DNA of 64,000 nt, taken from assembly GCA_035444565.1 (NCBI GenBank), contig DAOMOX010000003.1:159488-223487 (forward strand), in the 5' to 3' direction. Positions 7,160 to 17,343 of the stretch are shown piece after piece. A program made the position numbers and the translations under genes. How positions within the stretch are numbered: the stretch's first letter is position 1; each line of letters begins with the position of its first letter. The notes under the pieces were generated by a model. It was given only the letters and a program-made list of their open reading frames with translations. It was not told where the DNA came from and searched no databases. The stretch is from Candidatus Dojkabacteria bacterium. GTDB taxonomy: Bacteria; Patescibacteriota; Dojkabacteria; B142; OLB20.

Positions 7160-9077
7160 TTGATAATGTAGCTTTTATTCTTCTAATTCCTGCTCCGCTA
7201 CTCTCTTCTTTTAATATCTTGAATGAACCTTGTTCTCTAATTTGTTCAATCTTCTCAACGTGTGGTCCACCACAGAATTCTTTTGAAATTTCTTCTTCTG
7301 CTTGTTGATCTTTTATAAAGTAAACGGTTACCAAATCACCATAGTTTTTACCAAATTCCATCTCGGCACCTATTTTTTCAGCTTCTGATTTGGGCATTGT
7401 GACTTTTTCAATAATGAGGTCCTTAGCAATATATTCATTAACTAAGTTCTCAACCTCGTGAAGAATTTCCGGTGTTAATTTTTCATTATGAAGGAAGTCT
7501 ATTCGCAATCTTTCAGAGGTAATATTGCTTCCTCTTTGTTTAACGTGCTTACCCAAAGTGTTTTGTAATGCTGCAAGCAACAAGTGATGTGTTGTATGTA
7601 ATGCTGTAGTTCGTTCTGATTGGTCAGCTAATCCTCCCTTAAACTTTCTCTCTGCTCCGGCTCTGCTTTGTGCTTTATGATTTTCAAGTTCCGTATTAAA
7701 TCCATTTAGAATTTCTTCGATTTCTTTCTCATTGTAGTCTCCTGGATCGTTTGCGGAATTTGCAGCCAATTCTTCGATTATCATTTCGATAGGGAAACCG
7801 TATGTTTCATAAATATAAAATGCATCTTTCCCAGAAATCCTCAAACCCATACCTGTATATTTCTGCAGCTCTTTCAATCCTTTGTCTAACGTTTTTGCAA
7901 ATTTTAATTCTTCTTTCTCAAGTTCATTTAATATTGAACTTTCATTTTGTTTTAATTGCGGATAATGTGAGTGCATTCTTTCTATCACTGCCACGGCAAG
8001 TTCCCTTGTGAAATTACCATCCATTTCAAGTTTCCTTGACGTTCTAATCATCCTGCGGATTAAACTACGTAGAATATAACCTTGGTCTTTATTTGCAGGG
8101 ACAATACCGTCAGCGATGATGAAGCTTGAAGCTCTCGCATGATCTGCGAGTATTCTCATACTTGATGTGAATTCATTCTCATTACCTTTATTTTTGTAAG
8201 ATTTTCCGCTTAGTTTTTCTATTTTTTCAATAATTGGGACATATAAATCGGTCTCGAAAATGTCAGTTTTCCCTTGGGAACACATTACTACTCTTTCGAA
8301 ACCTCCACCAAAGTCTACATTTCTCTGGGACAGTTTTTGCCAAGACATATTTTCGTCGAGTTTGTATTCCATGAAGACGGAGTTTCCTATCTCAATAAAT
8401 CTCCCCGAATCATCGTTTATGTGGTATTCGTCTTGTTCAACTGCAATTTGTCCTAAATCGTAGAAAATTTCTGAGCTAGGACCACCGAGCTCCCCAGGCG
8501 CTTCTCCTCGTTGCCACCAATTGTCTGATTTTCCATATGGAAATATACGATATTTGTGTGTCTTGGCCGACTCAAGGTCTGCAGGAATGTTTGTTATATC
8601 CTCAGTGAACTCTGCATCTATACCGTGTGCTTTGAAAACCTCTTTCCATAAATCAATAGAAACATCATCCCTTCCTACTACATCATCTCCACCCCAAACT
8701 GAAACGTACAATCTTTCAAAGTCGAGACCAAAGTGTTTGGTGTAGAGTTCAAATACCCATGGGATTTGCTTTTCTTTAAAATAATCACCTAGAGACCAGT
8801 TTCCCATCATTTCGAACATTGATGTGTGTCGATTGTCTCCTATTTCGGCAATATCCTTAGCTGCTGAACGAAAGGACCTTTGAAAATTACACAATCTTTT
8901 GCCTTTTGGATGAGGTTCACCTGATAAATAAGGTACCAAAGGAAACATTCCGGAATTTGTGAAAAGAATTGTTGGATCGTTAACAGGTATTAATGAGATG
9001 TTGGGAATCTCAGCATGGTTTCTAACAGGGTCTGTCATAAACTCAAAAAAAGCTTTTCTGATGTCTTCTGATTTCAT
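7152..9077 (-). CDS. alaS: Alanine--tRNA ligase (short form without C-Ala domain)
   Basis: DPTILFTNSGM, FEMMGNWSLGDYFK, ADHARA, YETYGFP, editing motifs HTTHHLL and EFCGGPH, GIRRIKA. Confidence 0.97.
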   Translation of the reverse strand: MKSEDIRKAFFEFMTDPVRNHAEIPNISLIPVNDPTILFTNSGMFPLVPYLSGEPHPKGKRLCNFQRSFRSAAKDIAEIGDNRHTSMFEMMGNWSLGDYFKEKQIPWVFELYTKHFGLDFERLYVSVWGGDDVVGRDDVSIDLWKEVFKAHGIDAEFTEDITNIPADLESAKTHKYRIFPYGKSDNWWQRGEAPGELGGPSSEIFYDLGQIAVEQDEYHINDDSGRFIEIGNSVFMEYKLDENMSWQKLSQRNVDFGGGFERVVMCSQGKTDIFETDLYVPIIEKIEKLSGKSYKNKGNENEFTSSMRILADHARASSFIIADGIVPANKDQGYILRSLIRRMIRTSRKLEMDGNFTRELAVAVIERMHSHYPQLKQNESSILNELEKEELKFAKTLDKGLKELQKYTGMGLRISGKDAFYIYETYGFPIEMIIEELAANSANDPGDYNEKEIEEILNGFNTELENHKAQSRAGAERKFKGGLADQSERTTALHTTHHLLLAALQNTLGKHVKQRGSNITSERLRIDFLHNEKLTPEILHEVENLVNEYIAKDLIIEKVTMPKSEAEKIGAEMEFGKNYGDLVTVYFIKDQQAEEEISKEFCGGPHVEKIEQIREQGSFKILKEESSGAGIRRIKATLSNE

Positions 9078-9522
9078 TGTAGTTGTTTTAACTGGTATTT
9101 GATTAAACCATAAATTTGTATAATTTTCATCTAGTAAAATTAAACCAATTAAAGACTTATAGTAATCCGGGATGCATCGAAGTGTTTTTGAATGGTAGGA
9201 AAGTTGGTAAAATTCCGACCCTTGGTATTCGAATTTTGTGTAACATTAGTGTGGATTTAAATGATTGATGGTTGGGTCCTTTCGAAAAGTTAAAAGAGTA
9301 AATATTTTACACATATGTTATCATAATGACTATCTGGGGGGATTAGGGACTAGTGTTTAATAATTGCACAGTTGTTAGACATTTCCTGAGGGAAGGTGTT
9401 GTGACTAACTATTTTGTGGTACGAAATGTAATACATCTCTCTTTGGAGCGACTTCGTTAAATTTCTTGCAAGAATTTTGAAAAAATCAGGTTTAAATACT
9501 GATCGCCCTCTTGGTCCTGTAG

Positions 9523-11184
9523 TTATTTACTTGCTTCAGATAAAAATTCAATAAAAACAGGGTGTGGTTCCTGTGGAGATGATTTGTATTCAGGGTGTCC
9601 TTGAGTTGCGATAAAGAAAGGGTGCGTTTCCTTAGGTAATTCAATAAATTCTACGAAGAAATTATCAGGAGATGTCCCACTAAATATAAATCCATTCTTC
9701 TCAAATTGTTCTCTATATTTATTATTAAATTCAAACCTGTGTCTGTGTCTCTCTGCAATGACAGATTTTGATTTATTCTCGAAACCATTGTGTTTAGAAT
9801 ATATCTCATGTGTGAGAGTATTCTTTTTTACTATACAATCGAAAGTTCCAAGTCTCATTGATGTTCCCTCCCCTTTTATGACTTGATATTTCTCATTGAA
9901 AGGAATGCTGTGAATTATTGGATTTTTTGTTTTTGGATCAATTTCTTCGGAATTAGCGTCTTCAATTTTTAAAACATTTCTGGCGTACTCAACGCAAGCG
10001 AGTTGCATTCCGTAACAAAGTCCAAGATAAGGGATTTTGTTTTCCCTAGCATATTTTATTGCTTTTATTTTTCCCTTTGTTCCTCTCTCACCCCACCCTA
10101 TAGGTACAATTATTCCGTCAACTCCTTGTAATTGATCTAAGAGATTATTTTCTTCTTTATCAGAATTTATGAATTTTAGTTGTACATTCATTTCATTGAA
10201 AACACGTGCGTGGTTAATCGCTTCAAGCAGGGCATAATAAGAATCAACCAATGATGAGTCTCCAGTAGCAAAATACTTCCCAACAATTGCAATAGTTGCA
10301 CTTTTATCAAACTTCTTGAGTAACTTATTTGAGTAATCTTCCCAGAAACTTAAGTCTAGGGATTTCTTCTTTGGTGTTATTCCGAAATAACCAAGCAGTC
10401 TCTTGTCTAATTCTTGATTATATAAATGAACTGGTACTTGGTAAACATTTTTTAAATTTTCACACGAAAAGATATCTTTGTGATCCACATAAAATTTTAG
10501 TCCGAATTTATATTTTCTTTGCTTATCAACTGGTCTTTCACTTCTAATTACGATGAAGTTAGGGTTAATTCCCATCGACATGAGGGCTTTTAGGCCAAAC
10601 TGGGCCGGTTTTGTTTTTGGCTCGTCAATATGTGGTGGTACTGGGACATATGTGACATGTACATTTGCTACTTGTTCCGTAAATGACAAGATTCTTGCTG
10701 CTTCGTAATATAGTCCGTTATTATTTTCATATTCTCCAACAGTTCCTCCTAATTCAATAACTACGAAATCCGCTTGGGATTCTTCAGCTGCAAATCTGAT
10801 TCTCGAAATTATTTCATTTACGACATGTGGAATTGGTTCTACATCCTCTCCGTCGTATTTCATTTTTCTTTCATTGCTGATAACAGTCGAATAAAGTTGT
10901 CCCATTGTCATAAAGTTTTTGTGACCGACTTCCTGATTTAAAAAACGCTCATAGTTTCCCAAGTCTATGTCTGCTTCTAATCCGTCATAACATAAAAAAG
11001 GATCTCCATGCTCGATTGGATTGATTGTTCCAAAATCTACATTTAAATTATTTTCACACTTTATTGGACATACGGTATATCCATGCGCTTTTAATAATAA
11101 TGATATAGATGCAGAAGTTACGCCTTTTCCTACGGCACTCATGACACCACCACTCACAAAAATATATTTAGTCTTTTTAGACAT
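9523..11184 (-). CDS. pyrG: CTP synthase
   Basis: YIFVSGGVMSAVGKG, DLGNYERF, ELGGTVG, KTKP; glutaminase motifs GLCYGMQ and HPE; ERHRHRFE. Confidence 0.97.
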   Translation of the reverse strand: MSKKTKYIFVSGGVMSAVGKGVTSASISLLLKAHGYTVCPIKCENNLNVDFGTINPIEHGDPFLCYDGLEADIDLGNYERFLNQEVGHKNFMTMGQLYSTVISNERKMKYDGEDVEPIPHVVNEIISRIRFAAEESQADFVVIELGGTVGEYENNNGLYYEAARILSFTEQVANVHVTYVPVPPHIDEPKTKPAQFGLKALMSMGINPNFIVIRSERPVDKQRKYKFGLKFYVDHKDIFSCENLKNVYQVPVHLYNQELDKRLLGYFGITPKKKSLDLSFWEDYSNKLLKKFDKSATIAIVGKYFATGDSSLVDSYYALLEAINHARVFNEMNVQLKFINSDKEENNLLDQLQGVDGIIVPIGWGERGTKGKIKAIKYARENKIPYLGLCYGMQLACVEYARNVLKIEDANSEEIDPKTKNPIIHSIPFNEKYQVIKGEGTSMRLGTFDCIVKKNTLTHEIYSKHNGFENKSKSVIAERHRHRFEFNNKYREQFEKNGFIFSGTSPDNFFVEFIELPKETHPFFIATQGHPEYKSSPQEPHPVFIEFLSEASK

Positions 11185-11263
11185 TAGAAAAATGATAAAA
11201 AAATAAATTTGGGCAGATACAAAAAATCAGTTTATATATAAGTGTGTAGAAGAGCAAGTAAAT

Positions 11264-12490
11264 TTACTGTAAATATTCATCGTCAGTTAACGCGGGTAAT
11301 ATAATTGCAAAGTCCGCTTCTCTTCCGTCCTCTAAAATAGCAATACCTTCAAATAAATAGTATGGTTGAAGGTAATTTGTCCAAGGTTCGGACTCTACCC
11401 ATTCGTATGGTTCAATATAAATCACTTGCGTCTTCGAGGCATCTATTTCAAATTCCAATACAGCGAGAGGTTCATAATCAGAAAATGGATCAGTATTTAT
11501 TAATTTTAACCAATATAGTATGCCTTCACCTGCTTGAATCCTCACATAAGCATCTGTAACAGAAAGCATCTTATAGATACCGCTATCACCAATATTTAAT
11601 TGTGTGTAATCAAAGTTCACCAAATAAGGGACCAAATTTGTAACTTCTCCTCTAACTATCATAGTAGCAGAACCGTTAAGATAATCTGGTTTTCTAATTG
11701 TAGCTAACATGTCGGTTTTTGCGACTTCGCCTTCCTCTGGACGATATTTTTCAGAAGTTTTTGATGCCAGAATATTTTGATGTTGTGCAATTCTTACAAA
11801 TTGAGACGTGGAAGGACTTGGGGCTGATTTAATTTCTGAATTTACTATATTAACATAGTCTATTCTTGATTCTCCTCTGTTAAAGTTATGGTCTCTAAGA
11901 CCTAATTTGGCTATCACATCTATTCCTGTTTCATCATAGTAGTCATTCGCGCGAACGGTCCCTATAGTTTTTCTGATATCGTCTGGAATTGTCTCTCTTG
12001 TTAAATCTGTTTCGTATGACCAAATATCTTTTAACTTATCATAGGTTAAAGTTCTAGAAAGATCATCTGATTGCCAAAGCAGTTCTGTATCCGATACTAA
12101 TCGCTCTATTGAAGTAAAATTCAATCGATTTGCTACAGATCTACCTTTCGCTGTGTTACCTAGTTTTTCTCTTGGTTTATTGTAGTAATATACATAAACA
12201 GTCTCTGGTTTTTCGGGGAGTACTTGTTGGTCAATAATTGAAGTGGTTGGTGATGAATTTGGACTAAGTTGTAGTCGCTTTATATTTGGTCTTGGAATTT
12301 TTCCTAGATTTCCATCACGAGCTAAATATGGACCCGTGCTTGTGTTGGTAGTTGCACCAGGTTTCTGAGAATCATCTTCTCCAGTCAGCTCAAAGATGAA
12401 ACGAAATACGAATGTGGCAATTGCGAATATTAGAAAGATTATCAAACCTTTTCGAGCATGTTTTGTAGCTTTGCTTAATCTTGATGCCAT
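11264..12490 (-). CDS. Hypothetical single-pass membrane protein
   Basis: 408-aa ORF with N-terminal TM and C-terminal YLQPYYLFEG motif. Confidence 0.75.
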   Translation of the reverse strand: MASRLSKATKHARKGLIIFLIFAIATFVFRFIFELTGEDDSQKPGATTNTSTGPYLARDGNLGKIPRPNIKRLQLSPNSSPTTSIIDQQVLPEKPETVYVYYYNKPREKLGNTAKGRSVANRLNFTSIERLVSDTELLWQSDDLSRTLTYDKLKDIWSYETDLTRETIPDDIRKTIGTVRANDYYDETGIDVIAKLGLRDHNFNRGESRIDYVNIVNSEIKSAPSPSTSQFVRIAQHQNILASKTSEKYRPEEGEVAKTDMLATIRKPDYLNGSATMIVRGEVTNLVPYLVNFDYTQLNIGDSGIYKMLSVTDAYVRIQAGEGILYWLKLINTDPFSDYEPLAVLEFEIDASKTQVIYIEPYEWVESEPWTNYLQPYYLFEGIAILEDGREADFAIILPALTDDEYLQ

Positions 12491-12570
12491 GAAGTAATAA
12501 ATTTATTAATTCAAATATTATTACATTTATTATATATTAAGATAAACATTAAATCTTCAACAAATAAATT

Positions 12571-13785
12571 GTGAAAAATTCATCAAAATACTCCCTAAAA
12601 AATATCAAGAAGACATGGACAAATATAAAATTACCATACAAAATAATTTTTATTCTATTAATTACGCTTTGTATTGGTTTGTTGGGCTACGTAGGTACTA
12701 ATATTTATTTCCAAAATGATATGGAGATATTCAAAGCACCAAAAGCAAATTTTAGAAATTCTGTCACTCTCGTCCCCCCTACTCCGTTGCCACCTAAATA
12801 TAGTGTAATGAACGGTATTCAAGTTGATTATGAAGAATATGATGCGCTTACGCAAAGAAAGCCACTTGCTGTTGTAGTCAATAATCACAAAGATGCGAGA
12901 CCTCAAAGTGGCTTGTCTTCAGCTGATACGGTAATGGAGGTGCTTGCAGAAGGAGGTATAACTAGATATGTGGCAATGTATCATAACAATTATGATGTGG
13001 AAAAAATCGGTCCAATCAGGAGTTTACGATACTATATGATTGATTTTGCAAGTGGTTATGATGATGCAATGATATTGCACCACGGATGGGCAGGATTCGA
13101 TAATGCTGATTTTGAGGTTTACAATGCAGAAACCGATGCAAGGGGTGCTGTTTCAAAATTTAATATAAAGAATATCCAAACCGAAGCCAGTACATATAGA
13201 GATCCCCAGAAAGCCAAAACTTCAGGGTACGTACATTCTTTATATACAGATTTCACGAGAATAAATTCTGAAATATCCCGATTAGCAAAATCATACAACT
13301 GGAATTTAAGTTCTGAAAATTTGAAAGAAATTGCATTCAAGGATGATGCTCCCGAAACTGAGAGAGGACTTTTCTCCTCTGTGGATATTAAATTTATGAG
13401 TTTGGGTGGAAGTGATTATGCATCAAAATTTACCTATGATAAGGTTGGCAACGTATACCCAAGATTCGTTGGTGGGCAAGCAGATATCGATCAATTAACT
13501 AACAAGCAAATTTCTCCAAAAAATGTTATCATTGAATGGCATGAATACGCCGATGCACGTGATGGACACAGCAGAATTGTCATAAAAATGATTGGCGAGA
13601 ATAAAGTGACTATTTTAAGGGATGGTCAGATTATAGAAGGTACATGGCGAAAACAGTCTCGATTGGATAGGACACAATATTTCGATTCTGCAGGAAATGA
13701 AATACCTTTAAATCGGGGTCAAATATGGATTGTTAATGCAGTAAAAGTACAAGACAGGCTAATAAGTACAGTAACTATTCAATAA
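12571..13785 (+). CDS. DUF3048 (YerB-like) membrane-anchored protein
   Basis: PLAVVVNNHKDARPQSGLSSAD..EVLAEGGITRY, IGPIRSLRYY, G.EIPLNRGQIWI. Confidence 0.9.
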   Translation: MKNSSKYSLKNIKKTWTNIKLPYKIIFILLITLCIGLLGYVGTNIYFQNDMEIFKAPKANFRNSVTLVPPTPLPPKYSVMNGIQVDYEEYDALTQRKPLAVVVNNHKDARPQSGLSSADTVMEVLAEGGITRYVAMYHNNYDVEKIGPIRSLRYYMIDFASGYDDAMILHHGWAGFDNADFEVYNAETDARGAVSKFNIKNIQTEASTYRDPQKAKTSGYVHSLYTDFTRINSEISRLAKSYNWNLSSENLKEIAFKDDAPETERGLFSSVDIKFMSLGGSDYASKFTYDKVGNVYPRFVGGQADIDQLTNKQISPKNVIIEWHEYADARDGHSRIVIKMIGENKVTILRDGQIIEGTWRKQSRLDRTQYFDSAGNEIPLNRGQIWIVNAVKVQDRLISTVTIQ

Positions 13786-13810
13786 TATTAACTTAATAAG
13801 TCGTATAAAA

Positions 13811-15106
13811 ATGAATAATAAATATGTGAGGATTTTCTTCTTGTTAGCAATTTCCCTTGTACTGCTTACGGGTTGTAAAAAAGACGATTCATCATCTCAA
13901 AATGGTGATGGTAATAATAATCAAGATCAGGTTACTTTGATTTGGTGGAACATGTTTGATAGTGAACAAAGTGTAAAGCCATTAATTGATGCATACACAT
14001 CAGAGAATCCAAACGTGGTTATTCAATATCGTCAACAAGGAGTTACAGGTGGGGTAACTAGTTATCTTAACCTACTGGATAATGCACTAACCGATACCGA
14101 AGAAATTAACGACCCTGATATTTACACAATAGAAAATACCTGGGTAGGAAAATACAAGGAATATATTTCACCTGCTCCTGCTGATGTTATAGGGCAAGAT
14201 TACTATGATGACTTCTACCCTATTGTGAAGGATGATTTCTATGATGAGAATGCACTAGGTATTCCAATGTATGTGGATGCACTTGCGGTGATTTATAATA
14301 AAGATAAACTTATCGAAGGTGGATACACTGTTCCAGATAATGATTGGAGTGAATTCAAGAATCAAGCAATAAATCTTACTCAAAGAGATCCCAATAGTAA
14401 GATTGTATCTGCAGGTTTTGCAGCTTCTACTGGAACAAATGTACAATTTAATTTCGATATTCTGAGTTTATTAATGTTGCAAAATGGTGCGGATTTGAAT
14501 TCTGCTTCGGTAATTGAATCTTTTTCTACTAACTCAGACGTTATAGGTACATTCGATTTTTATGAAGATTTCTCTGGACCTAATGGATCTTGGGATGATG
14601 AACAGAAATTAGATATCGCTTCATTTCTTGAAGGAAGATTAGCCATGTTCATAGCTCCAAGTTGGAGATTGAATGACATTCTTATTTATAATGAAAAATA
14701 CAACTTAGGATTAGATATTGGTATTGCTGCTGTTCCACAATTAACAGGAACTGACAATATCTCTTGGGGTACATACTGGGGCCAAACTGTCTCAAAAGCT
14801 TCTCCAAATTCTAATGAAGCATGGAAGTTCTTAAGATACATTACACAAGCAGACCAATTAAGACTACTCGATGATACTGTCAAACAAAATGGTCGTAAAG
14901 TTGGAGTATTTTACCCAAGGCTAAGTATGTCTTCTGAAATTTCAGATGATCCGAATCTAAGAGTATATTCACAGGCTATGCCTTTTGCTAAATCATGGTA
15001 TATGAATGATGGATATCTCATAGAGAACGATTTTAATAACTATTTTAAAGAACAAGGTGGTGATTTAGGAAGTTTGGAAAGCACAATTAATTCTACTATT
15101 AATTAA
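13811..15106 (+). CDS. Extracellular solute-binding lipoprotein, family 1 (sugar ABC type)
   Basis: Lipobox LTGC; PDIY, GIPMYVDALAVIYNKD, FLEGRLAM, AWKFLRY. Confidence 0.88.
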   Translation: MNNKYVRIFFLLAISLVLLTGCKKDDSSSQNGDGNNNQDQVTLIWWNMFDSEQSVKPLIDAYTSENPNVVIQYRQQGVTGGVTSYLNLLDNALTDTEEINDPDIYTIENTWVGKYKEYISPAPADVIGQDYYDDFYPIVKDDFYDENALGIPMYVDALAVIYNKDKLIEGGYTVPDNDWSEFKNQAINLTQRDPNSKIVSAGFAASTGTNVQFNFDILSLLMLQNGADLNSASVIESFSTNSDVIGTFDFYEDFSGPNGSWDDEQKLDIASFLEGRLAMFIAPSWRLNDILIYNEKYNLGLDIGIAAVPQLTGTDNISWGTYWGQTVSKASPNSNEAWKFLRYITQADQLRLLDDTVKQNGRKVGVFYPRLSMSSEISDDPNLRVYSQAMPFAKSWYMNDGYLIENDFNNYFKEQGGDLGSLESTINSTIN

Positions 15107-15111
15107 ATTTA

Positions 15112-17343
15112 ATGAGCAGACAAATTAAAAGCATACTTATAACTATTATAGTCGTTTTGTTCAGTTCACAAATTGTAACTGCACAATCGACTGATGAAGT
15201 AGTATTACAAAAGCCTTCCGAAGGTTCAACAATAAGCAATACTTATGAAATTGAGTGGAAGATTGTCGATGCTGATATTCAGGATCCTGCTTATTTTATA
15301 GATGTATTTAATCTTGCTTGCTCACAAAATGGTGGAAACCTAGGGAGAATTACCAATTCTGGAGCTGAAGTCGAAAATAATATTTACACTTATTCTTGGG
15401 ATACGTCTTCCGGGGATCTAGGAAATTCACTACAAAACGGAGGAAATTATTGTATGAGAGTATGTGGTATTCTGGCTGATGGAGGTAGTGTATACAGTAA
15501 ATGTGATAAAAAATCTTTTACATTTAGTTCAGAAACTACTGGGACGAACAAACCACCGCAGATTACACCTTCCAAAGATGGATTTAACGTAACGCTTAAT
15601 GAAATCTTTAGTTATAAAGTACAGGCTAGCGATCCAGATGGTGATGAGCTTAAGTATTCATTCCTAAATGCACCTGACTTTTTGACGATTGATTCAAAAA
15701 CAGGACAAATTTCCGGTAAACCAACGGAAGTTGGAGATATACGATTTATTGTAAAAGTAGATGATTCCAAAGGAGGAATTAGCACAGAAGAATTTATATT
15801 AAATATCCAATTAACAAGCGCCGAAAAAGAAGTCGTTTTTGAATTTCCAAAGTCCGGTTCAACAGTTACCCCAGAAAATAATACAATCAAATGGAAGGTA
15901 AAATCAGGTTTAACTGTTAAGTCGATAACACTTAGTTATTCGTCTGATAAGGAAGAATGGACGGAGATTACAAAACAGGATAGAGATTTAGGACAATATA
16001 CATGGAATATTAGTGACATTGAAGATGGAGAGTATTTCATTCAATTTTTACTTGTTGATTCGAATAATAAGCTATATGAAATTTTCAGTGATGGGTTTTT
16101 TGTTTCTGCGCAAGGTACAGTATCGGAAACAGAAATAACTAACCTAACACCAGAAGAGGGATCTACTGTAAATATCAATCGTCCTGTTATTAGTGCAGAA
16201 TTCAAGACACCAGATGGAGTTACTATAGATACTGAAAATGTTAATTTCACATTGAATGAAAGAATTGATCTTACACTTTGTGAAATTACTGCTAATTCAA
16301 TTAATTGTGAAATTGTTAGTGAGTTAAGTAATGATACGTACACTGCATTTATTGAAATTACTGATTCAGAAGGTGCTACCCTAGTCAAGGAATGGAAGTT
16401 TAGTGTTGACACCAATGGTGAGACTTCAGAGGAATCAGAAGATTCTGGAGGCCTTTCTGGAGATTCAATGCAGTTGATTCTCATTATCTTCGCTGTTGGT
16501 TTTCTTCTGATTGCTATACCTTGGAGTATATATTTGATAGTTAAGAAACGAAGAAATAAAGCAACAGAAACCACTAAATTGCCAGATAATACAGTTATCC
16601 ATCCAATTACCCCGATTACTCCTGAACCAGCACAACCGACAATTGGATCACAAGGACTAGACCTCGGTGTCCCAACAAATCCCCCTGTTGTCGATTATCA
16701 ACCTCAGAATTATTCTCTGGGTAGTACTCCAGTGAGCAACAATATGCAACCAGCGGCAGGAGATGTGTATTCCCCGACTGAGAATCTAAATGCATCGAAT
16801 ATACCTCCTGTTCAGGGAACTTATAATCAGCAACTACCTACAGATACATATAACTCTTTAGGTACAAATCCTAGCTATTCAAATCAAAATATAAACCAGA
16901 CTGGTACTCTCGCCGATGCAGTTTTCACAGAGCCAGAAATTGTTCCTGCACAAAATAACCTTGGAAATAATTTAAATCCAACTAATACTCAACCAATAGA
17001 CAACTCCGGTTTAGGCATGAACACTGAAGTATTACCAACGCAGGGAACACCAAATCCAGCTCAGGTTATTGAACCTTCCACCACAACTGATTACGGTTTT
17101 GATAAGCCAATTGTTACTGAACAACCTGCCATGTATCAAAAAGACGAAATTCCAGAATGGCTTGCAACAGATATCCCTGATACTACTGCATCAAACGAAC
17201 AAAATACAGGTGCGTCGACTATGGAGGATGTTTTAACAAAGACTCAGATACAAGAAGGTTCAAAAGTGTACGATCCCTATGGATTGGCTCTTAAAACAGA
17301 CGAAACGGAAGATCCTGATGTACCACCTCAGTTGAATAATTAG
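15112..17343 (+). CDS. Surface protein with cadherin/putative-Ig domains, one TM and a P/T/N/Q-rich cytoplasmic tail
   Basis: Signal peptide; NKPPQI..ASDPDGDELKYS...LTIDSKTGQISGKP...VKVDDSKGG (He_PIG/cadherin-like); TM followed by KKRR. Confidence 0.8.
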   Translation: MSRQIKSILITIIVVLFSSQIVTAQSTDEVVLQKPSEGSTISNTYEIEWKIVDADIQDPAYFIDVFNLACSQNGGNLGRITNSGAEVENNIYTYSWDTSSGDLGNSLQNGGNYCMRVCGILADGGSVYSKCDKKSFTFSSETTGTNKPPQITPSKDGFNVTLNEIFSYKVQASDPDGDELKYSFLNAPDFLTIDSKTGQISGKPTEVGDIRFIVKVDDSKGGISTEEFILNIQLTSAEKEVVFEFPKSGSTVTPENNTIKWKVKSGLTVKSITLSYSSDKEEWTEITKQDRDLGQYTWNISDIEDGEYFIQFLLVDSNNKLYEIFSDGFFVSAQGTVSETEITNLTPEEGSTVNINRPVISAEFKTPDGVTIDTENVNFTLNERIDLTLCEITANSINCEIVSELSNDTYTAFIEITDSEGATLVKEWKFSVDTNGETSEESEDSGGLSGDSMQLILIIFAVGFLLIAIPWSIYLIVKKRRNKATETTKLPDNTVIHPITPITPEPAQPTIGSQGLDLGVPTNPPVVDYQPQNYSLGSTPVSNNMQPAAGDVYSPTENLNASNIPPVQGTYNQQLPTDTYNSLGTNPSYSNQNINQTGTLADAVFTEPEIVPAQNNLGNNLNPTNTQPIDNSGLGMNTEVLPTQGTPNPAQVIEPSTTTDYGFDKPIVTEQPAMYQKDEIPEWLATDIPDTTASNEQNTGASTMEDVLTKTQIQEGSKVYDPYGLALKTDETEDPDVPPQLNN

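Noticed and set aside
9078-9522. 445-bp alaS-pyrG intergenic region: possible T-box/ncRNA, or a 50-codon TTG ORF (IEVFLNGRKVGKIP)
   Set aside because: No T-box consensus or convincing terminator was found, and the ORF is short with no supporting signal.
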